Positions 46,595 through 52,428 of a DNA stretch of 52,428 bases are shown one piece after another. Position numbers and translations under genes: made by a program. The stretch is from an uncultured Candidatus Saccharibacteria bacterium (GTDB taxonomy: Bacteria; Patescibacteriota; Minisyncoccia; UBA11713; 2-01-FULL-45-33). The stretch lies in assembly GCA_964464405.1 (NCBI GenBank), contig CAYXFX010000004.1:1-52428 (forward strand). Reading direction: 5' to 3'. The notes below the pieces were generated by a model. That model was not told the DNA's origin and did no database searches. It saw nothing but the letters and a program-made list of their open reading frames with translations. Within the stretch, counting starts at the first letter, position 1. Every line of letters starts with the position of its first letter.

Positions 46595-48379
46595 ATGGCT
46601 GATGGCAGTGACATAGTGCATTTGGCAGTTTTATTTAAGCGTTCATTTTGGGAATACAAATCCAGAATTTTTTTGCTTACCTCGCTGTCTTTTATCGGAG
46701 GTATTTTGGAAGGAATCGGAATTAACGCAATAATTCCACTTTTTTCGTTTATCAGCAATGAAGGAGGCGGAGGAACAGATTTAATCTCGCGCTCGATCCA
46801 GAGTTTTTTTATGTTTTTTAACATTAGATACACTGTAAAATATTTGCTGATTTTCATAATAGCTCTTTTTATAATTAAAGCGATCGCGGCTTTTTTTACT
46901 GATTATATTTCAATTTATACTAAGTCTCTTTACGAAAAAAAGATTCGCAATGACCTTTTTGAAGCGACTCTTAAAGCCGATTGGCCCTATTTGTCAAAAC
47001 AAAAAGTTGGTTACTTAGAGCAAATTTTAACGACAGATGTTGATACAAGTTCCATTTTTTTTGTTTATGCGTCCAATACCATAGCGGTTGCTGTAAATTT
47101 AGTTGTATATAGTTTGCTTGTAGTTAATATTTCTTGGATAGTAGCGCTGTTTACAATGCTGTTTGGTGTTTTGGCGCTTCTAGCTTTTAAACCATTTTTT
47201 AAAATTAACAGAATAGTTTCCGAAGAGCGAGCGCGCCTTTATAAAATAGTATCCCATTTTGTAAGTGAAAATATTATAGGAATGAAGCTCGTGAAATCCG
47301 CATATGTTCACGAACCGATCTTGGCAAAAGGTAACGAGTATTTCGACAAGGTAAAGAAATTAAACATGCGTGTTGCGATTTCTCGAAATTTAACGACGGT
47401 TACTCTTCAGCCCTTAGGAATGCTTTTTATAATCGCAATTTTCGCCTTTTTTTATAAAACACATTCGTTTAATTTCGGTTCATTTGCCGTAATTGTTTAC
47501 GCGATTAACAAAGTATTCAGTTATTTTCAGCAGACGCAATCTAATCTTCATCTTCTAAATACTTTTATTCCGTACTTAGAAAGCGTAAATAAATACAAAA
47601 ATGAAAGCGATAAATACAAAGAAATAGATAAGGGAATAGGCACATTTAAATTTTCGAAAAAACTTGAGTTTAATAACGTCAGTTTTTCGTATGAAACCGG
47701 AGAGGATGTTTTGAGCAACATTAATTTTACAATTTCAAAAGGAGAAATGGTCGGGCTCATTGGCCCGTCTGGGGCCGGCAAAACTACCATTGTCGATTTA
47801 ATTTTGCGTTTGCTAACACCGAGCAAGGGAGAAATTTTGCTCGACGGGGCGGATATTTCGAATATCAGTTTGGCTGAATGGAGAAAAAATATAAGATATG
47901 TTTCGCAGGATTTATTTTTGTTAAATGACACCATTGAAAATAATATCAGATTTTATAGCGTCGATCTAAATAAAAAAGATATAATACGGGCGGCGAAGCT
48001 TGCTAATATTTACGAGTTTATAGAATCGTTGCCGGAGAAGTTTGATTCAATTGTGGGAGAGCGTGGAATAATGCTTTCGGGAGGACAGCGGCAAAGAGTT
48101 ATTCTCGCAAGAGTGCTAGCCAGGAATCCGCACATTTTAATTTTAGACGAGGCAACGAGCGCTCTTGATAACGAATCGGAGATTTTAATACAAAAATCAA
48201 TAGAAGGATTAAGGGGGGGCGTTACTGTTTTGGCGATCGCGCACCGCTTATCCACGGTAAAAGCTTCGGATAAACTGATTGTCCTGGATAAGGGGAAGGT
48301 AGCTGAAGTTGGCTCGCCGGAAGAACTTTTAAAAAATAAAGATTCCTACTTTTTTAAAGTTTATAATCTAAGAACTTAA
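46595..48379 (+). CDS. ABC transporter permease/ATPase (MsbA/PglK-like glycan flippase)
   Basis: 6 TM + GPSGAGKTT, LSGGQRQR, LILDEATSALD. Confidence 0.92.
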   Translation: MADGSDIVHLAVLFKRSFWEYKSRIFLLTSLSFIGGILEGIGINAIIPLFSFISNEGGGGTDLISRSIQSFFMFFNIRYTVKYLLIFIIALFIIKAIAAFFTDYISIYTKSLYEKKIRNDLFEATLKADWPYLSKQKVGYLEQILTTDVDTSSIFFVYASNTIAVAVNLVVYSLLVVNISWIVALFTMLFGVLALLAFKPFFKINRIVSEERARLYKIVSHFVSENIIGMKLVKSAYVHEPILAKGNEYFDKVKKLNMRVAISRNLTTVTLQPLGMLFIIAIFAFFYKTHSFNFGSFAVIVYAINKVFSYFQQTQSNLHLLNTFIPYLESVNKYKNESDKYKEIDKGIGTFKFSKKLEFNNVSFSYETGEDVLSNINFTISKGEMVGLIGPSGAGKTTIVDLILRLLTPSKGEILLDGADISNISLAEWRKNIRYVSQDLFLLNDTIENNIRFYSVDLNKKDIIRAAKLANIYEFIESLPEKFDSIVGERGIMLSGGQRQRVILARVLARNPHILILDEATSALDNESEILIQKSIEGLRGGVTVLAIAHRLSTVKASDKLIVLDKGKVAEVGSPEELLKNKDSYFFKVYNLRT

Positions 48380-49810
48380 ATGCGCCTTTTTTTTATCAAT
48401 TGGAGCGGCAAAGATCTCGGATTGGTGGATGTGGTAAAAAAAGTTAAACAGCACCACGAGATTATTTACTGGACCTGCGTGAACGCAAAAAAAGAAATAA
48501 ATCCTGCCGAATTCCCCGGAACTATTTTGCACGACCATTTTGACGCTTTGGCCGGAAAGCCAGCAAAAGAGCTGGAAGAAATAAAATTTGATCCGCCCGG
48601 AGAAGAATTGTTGAAACAACTTGCCGAAGCGGAATCTATTTTACTTACCATGATGAATAAACGTTTTGAGGCCTATTCCGTCAGCGAACGGAAGCGCTTA
48701 TATTACGGCTACCTTAAATATTGGAACGGTGTGTTTAAAAAGCTGAAGCCCGATGCCGTTATTTTTACCGTTGCTCCGCACACTGTTTACGATTTTGTAG
48801 TTTTTGCTCTTGCAAAAATTTATAACGTGAATACCGTTATGATGGAGCCCTTGTGGGTAAGCGATCGGATTATAAGCATGAAAGACTATATTGAGGGGCC
48901 TGTAGATTCTTCCGGCGAGGCTCGATTCAATAGCCGAGATGAGGCGTTAAATACTCTAAGCGCCGATTTGAGAGAAGAGTATGAATCTCAAGCTAGGGTA
49001 AAGAAAAATGACACAACAATTTTTGTTAAGAATATTAAAAAACAATATTCGGGCTTCAGAAATTTAAAAATAAAACTCAGATCTTTTTGGACAACGCTCA
49101 CGGTACTGAAAGATTTTTCCGTTTTCATAAAAATTTTTACCTATTTGCCGAGAAGATTACGGCCCAATCAAAAAAAAGAGTATTTAAGTTTAGCAACTCT
49201 GCCGGACTTTAATAAAAATTATATTTATTTGCCGCTACATTATCAGCCCGAGAGAAACAGTTCTCCGCAGGGCGGCTTTTTTGTAGACCAGATTTTGATG
49301 GCGGAAACTTTGTCTGCAGCGCTTCCTAAGGGATGGTTTTTATATATTAAAGAGCATCCTACCCAATGGCTTTTTCGCGGCCCGGATTATTTTAGTTATC
49401 GGTTCCGCGGATATTATCAGGAAATGGCTAAGCTTAAAAATGTTAAGCTTGTGCCGATGTCGGCTGGCTCCCATGAACTTATAAAACACGCAAAAGCGGT
49501 TGCCACAATAACAGGAACTGCTGGCTGGGAGGCCGTCTTAAGAAGAAAGCCGGTTTTGATTTTCGGTTATCCATGGTATATGTATGCTCCCGGCCTTTTC
49601 CGAATTTGGGATACAATTTCTTGCCGTGAGGCTATTACAAAAATTAAAGACGGTTTTTCTTTTTCGGAAGAAGATGTCATTAAATATCTTCAAATGTTGG
49701 ACAAGTCCACTTTCCGCGGCTATATTGATTTTGATGGACGGAAAATTTCCAACTTAACTCCAGAACAAAACAGCATAAATTTAACAGAAGCTATATTAAA
49801 AAAATTATGA
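48380..49810 (+). CDS. Capsular polysaccharide biosynthesis protein (KpsS/KpsC-like, GT-B fold)
   Basis: YLPLHYQPE, KEHP, TITGTAGWEA motifs. Confidence 0.75.
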   Translation: MRLFFINWSGKDLGLVDVVKKVKQHHEIIYWTCVNAKKEINPAEFPGTILHDHFDALAGKPAKELEEIKFDPPGEELLKQLAEAESILLTMMNKRFEAYSVSERKRLYYGYLKYWNGVFKKLKPDAVIFTVAPHTVYDFVVFALAKIYNVNTVMMEPLWVSDRIISMKDYIEGPVDSSGEARFNSRDEALNTLSADLREEYESQARVKKNDTTIFVKNIKKQYSGFRNLKIKLRSFWTTLTVLKDFSVFIKIFTYLPRRLRPNQKKEYLSLATLPDFNKNYIYLPLHYQPERNSSPQGGFFVDQILMAETLSAALPKGWFLYIKEHPTQWLFRGPDYFSYRFRGYYQEMAKLKNVKLVPMSAGSHELIKHAKAVATITGTAGWEAVLRRKPVLIFGYPWYMYAPGLFRIWDTISCREAITKIKDGFSFSEEDVIKYLQMLDKSTFRGYIDFDGRKISNLTPEQNSINLTEAILKKL

Positions 49811-50544
49811 TCGTTATTATTCTTCAAGCAAGAATGGGTTCTACGCGCTTGCCCGGAAAAATTTTAAAAGATCTCTCCGGCAAGCCGATGTTGTGGCATG
49901 TTGTAACACGTTGCTTAGGCTCTAAACTTGCGGAGCGCACAATTGTTGCAACAACCATAAATCCCGAAGACGACATTGTTGAAAGTTTTTGCAAGGAAAA
50001 TAACTTTTTATATCACCGCGGCTCTTCCGAAAATGTTCTTATGCGTTATTACGAAACGGCAAAGAAGTTCGACGCTCAAATTATTGTTCGTGTAACTGGA
50101 GACGACCCATTAACGGATCCAGTAGTTATTGATAAATGTATTGATGCTCTTCAGAAATCAAATGCTGATTATTTAAGCAATATCAATCCGCTTAGAACTT
50201 TTCCGCGCGGTCTAGATGCGGAAGTTTTTAAATTTAGCGCTCTTGAAAAGGCTTACAAAGAAGCGAAGGAAAATTACGAAAGAGAGCACGTCACTCCTTA
50301 TATTTGGGAAAATAAAAAAAATGAATTTAAAATCGGAGCGCCTGTAATTGCAGACGAATCGTATCGCCGCGGGTATCGTTTGGCGGTAGATTATCCGGAA
50401 GATTTTGAACTAATGGAGAAAATTTATTCTAAATTTTATTTCTCTGGGAAACAAGTAGATGTGCCCGAGCTTTTAAAATTTTTAGATTCCAATCCCGATT
50501 GGCTAAAAATTAATGCGAACTGCGCGCAGAAACCTTTGAAGTAA
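49807..50544 (+). CDS. SpsF/PseF-like cytidylyltransferase
   Basis: QARMGSTRLPGK, GSSENVLMRY, RVTGDDPL, REHVTPY, RLAVDYPED. Confidence 0.88.
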   Translation: MIVIILQARMGSTRLPGKILKDLSGKPMLWHVVTRCLGSKLAERTIVATTINPEDDIVESFCKENNFLYHRGSSENVLMRYYETAKKFDAQIIVRVTGDDPLTDPVVIDKCIDALQKSNADYLSNINPLRTFPRGLDAEVFKFSALEKAYKEAKENYEREHVTPYIWENKKNEFKIGAPVIADESYRRGYRLAVDYPEDFELMEKIYSKFYFSGKQVDVPELLKFLDSNPDWLKINANCAQKPLK

Positions 50545-50562
50545 AAAATAGTTATCTGGTTT

Positions 50563-51150
50563 ATGAAGGTATTATTGTTAGGAAGTGATAATGCGGAATG
50601 CGAAAAGCTGAAACAGCATATTGCTTCATGCGGAGATGAGGTTGTATTTAGAAGCGAAAGATTATCGCCCGAAGAAGTACGCAGTATAAATCCGGTAGTT
50701 ATAGTCAGTTATAACTACCGTTTTATTTTAAAAGAAAATATTTTTGATCAGCCGCCTTTGGGAACAATCAATCTGCATATAAGCTATTTGCCTTGGAACA
50801 GAGGAGCCGATCCGAATTTTTGGAGCATTTTTGAAGGAACACCCAAGGGCGTAACAATACATTATATTGATGCAGGAATTGATACCGGAGATATCATAGG
50901 GCAAGAGCTGGTGGAATTTTCCGAAAATGATACTTTGCGATCTTCATATGCTAAGTTGCATTATTCAATTCAAGAGTTGTTTAAAAAACTTTGGCCTAAA
51001 ATAAAAACGCGCCAAATTGTTCCGATAAAGCAGAAAGGAAAGGGCACTTTTCATCTATCTAGAGATAAGGAAAAATTTTCAGCGCTTTTTGCCAAGAAGG
51101 GCCACGATACCCCCATTAAAGAAATTATAAATTCTAGCTCGAGCGGCTAG
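50563..51150 (+). CDS. Second formyltransferase
   Basis: INLHISYLPWNRGADPN, GVTIHYIDAGIDTGDII. Confidence 0.9.
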   Translation: MKVLLLGSDNAECEKLKQHIASCGDEVVFRSERLSPEEVRSINPVVIVSYNYRFILKENIFDQPPLGTINLHISYLPWNRGADPNFWSIFEGTPKGVTIHYIDAGIDTGDIIGQELVEFSENDTLRSSYAKLHYSIQELFKKLWPKIKTRQIVPIKQKGKGTFHLSRDKEKFSALFAKKGHDTPIKEIINSSSSG

Positions 51151-51800
51151 AATTTTTCTTTTACAATATAAGCGGTTGGAGTATTGGCGCCGGGGACGGA
51201 TTTTAATTTAGGATTTTGGTCTTTAAAAAATTCAGAAACTGCGTCCGATTCTCCGTGACCTCTTAATCCGTATTCGTCGAATACAACAATTCCGCCGGGA
51301 GTTACTAGAGGATAAAAATTTCGCAATATTGCCAGTGTTCCTTCGTAGTTATCCACATCTAAATAAAGCATCGCGATTCTAAATCCTAGGTTTTGCTCCG
51401 CGTAAGTTTTTGTAGTGCGCACGACATCTCCTTCAACGAGCTCCACGTTATCTATTCCAAGCTCCGCAAGGTTTTTTAAAATAATTTCTTTGTCGGACAA
51501 AGTTTCATCATGCATGTCCAGAACTTTTTGATCTTCTTTTTTTGAAAAAGTTATATCACGGGAAGATCCAAAAAAATCAAAGCCGACAATTTTTCTTCCG
51601 GAATTCGGAATAACCAGCTTGCTTAGCTTGGCTAGCGTATAAATTCCGCTTCCTTTATATACTCCGCATTCAACAATATCCCCCGGTATTTTTTTAATCA
51701 ATTTAAGCAACTCATATCTCGAAATGATTTTCTGCAAGCGGTCTACGCCGGTATGCGCCAAAAAATCGTCATATAAATTGAGATTGTCCTGTTCTTTCAT
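51147..51800 (-). CDS. TylF/MycF/NovP-family O-methyltransferase-like protein
   Basis: PGDIVECGVYKG, GFDFF, LDVDNYE, PGGIVVFDEY. Confidence 0.85.
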   Translation of the reverse strand: MKEQDNLNLYDDFLAHTGVDRLQKIISRYELLKLIKKIPGDIVECGVYKGSGIYTLAKLSKLVIPNSGRKIVGFDFFGSSRDITFSKKEDQKVLDMHDETLSDKEIILKNLAELGIDNVELVEGDVVRTTKTYAEQNLGFRIAMLYLDVDNYEGTLAILRNFYPLVTPGGIVVFDEYGLRGHGESDAVSEFFKDQNPKLKSVPGANTPTAYIVKEKF

Positions 51801-51848
51801 TTGAGCTTAGTTTATTGAAAAAACGTTATTTTTGCAACCATCGCTAGT

Positions 51849-51890
51849 AAAAAGAAAAGGGGCTGTCCACGATGTTTTGTGGACAACCCC
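51849..51890 (-). terminator. Intrinsic terminator for the GC-rich terminal gene
   Basis: GGGGTTGTCCAC/GTGGACAGCCCC stem + TTTTCTTTT on minus strand. Confidence 0.7.
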
Positions 51891-51900
51891 AATTTTTGCG

Positions 51901-51931
51901 CCTGCCCGCCGAAGCTTTACGCGTAGGTGGG
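51901..51931 (-). repeat. Lone REP-like unit of the GIY-YIG-associated family
   Basis: GCCGAAGCTTTACGCGTAGGTGGG (51908-51931) vs GCCGTAGCTTTACGCGAAGGCGGG (6212-6235): 21/24 identical. Confidence 0.8.
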
Positions 51932-52426
51932 GACGAACCCCGACGCGGAGCCATAGCCCTCGTTGGTGCTGTCGACACAGTAGGCGACGAACTTGACCTC
52001 GCCGCCGCTGAAGCGGAAGACCGGCGCGTCCGAGAACTCGCCAACGGCATCGGGAGCGTATTCGTCACCGGGGCAGTCGATGTGCAACTGCTCGCATTGA
52101 ACGAGCCGCTCGGGATGCGACAGGATCATGCACCCTGCGATGAAGGACCCCAAGCCGAACTCGTGGGGAGCGTAGACCACGCGCACCCTTCGCACGGACC
52201 GACCGCGATGGGTCAGGCCAAACTGCGCTGGAATGAGTAAAAAGTCGTCCTTCTGCTTTTCGCCGATCATCTGAAGCGCGACGGCCGTCCGCTTCGAGAT
52301 CCGCAGGTACTTCGGGCCGAGTGCGCCCTTGCGGTAGTTGTGGAAGGTGCGGGTCTTGCCGATCAGGTCGAGGACCTTCTCGACAGCCTCGTTGTACGAG
52401 GACGCAACCTTCTCCCACCGCGGAAC
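51917..52426 (-). CDS. GC-rich hypothetical protein (5' truncated by window) with DGR-target-like C-terminus
   Basis: Frame is open to the window edge (VPRWEKVASSYNEAVEKVLDL...); ends DAPVFRFSGGEVKF..CVD..NEGYGSASGFVP. Confidence 0.7.
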   Translation of the reverse strand, partial: VPRWEKVASSYNEAVEKVLDLIGKTRTFHNYRKGALGPKYLRISKRTAVALQMIGEKQKDDFLLIPAQFGLTHRGRSVRRVRVVYAPHEFGLGSFIAGCMILSHPERLVQCEQLHIDCPGDEYAPDAVGEFSDAPVFRFSGGEVKFVAYCVDSTNEGYGSASGFVPTYA

Positions 52427-52428
52427 GG

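Noticed and set aside
1-52428. DGR template repeat or reverse transcriptase
   Set aside because: No AAC-rich copy of either putative variable region and no RT (YxDD-type) ORF seen in the window

Overview
About 52 kb of an AT-rich bacterial chromosome, most likely Patescibacteria/CPR of Parcubacteria type. This is inferred from core genes lacking Shine-Dalgarno sites, a large peptidoglycan-binding S-layer-like gene and compact rpoB/rpoC. Core genes: lepA with FtsB-like and SurA-like neighbours, secF, rpoB-rpoC, ftsK, tRNA-Gly(CCC), tRNA-Gln(CTG). Accessory content: (i) a four-gene peptidoglycan synthesis/lysis operon (PBP1A, M23, SLT-like, CPBP); (ii) a small GIY-YIG nuclease gene embedded in REP-like palindromes fused to the tRNA-Gly CCA end, with a near-identical palindrome 45 kb away supplying another gene's stop codon; (iii) a surface gene frameshifted by a 10-bp tandem duplication; (iv) two GC-rich genes whose C-termini resemble DGR variable regions, with no RT or template in the window; (v) a 1.19-kb NYN-ASCH cassette flanked by 27-bp direct repeats, with a promoter and a terminator-like leader hairpin; (vi) an ExbB/MotA plus ExbD-like/YfaP-like membrane module; (vii) a secreted phospholipase C/P1-nuclease-LTD-beta-helix protein; (viii) a surface-glycan cluster with two formyltransferases. 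All family assignments are from motif recognition by eye; no database searches were run.
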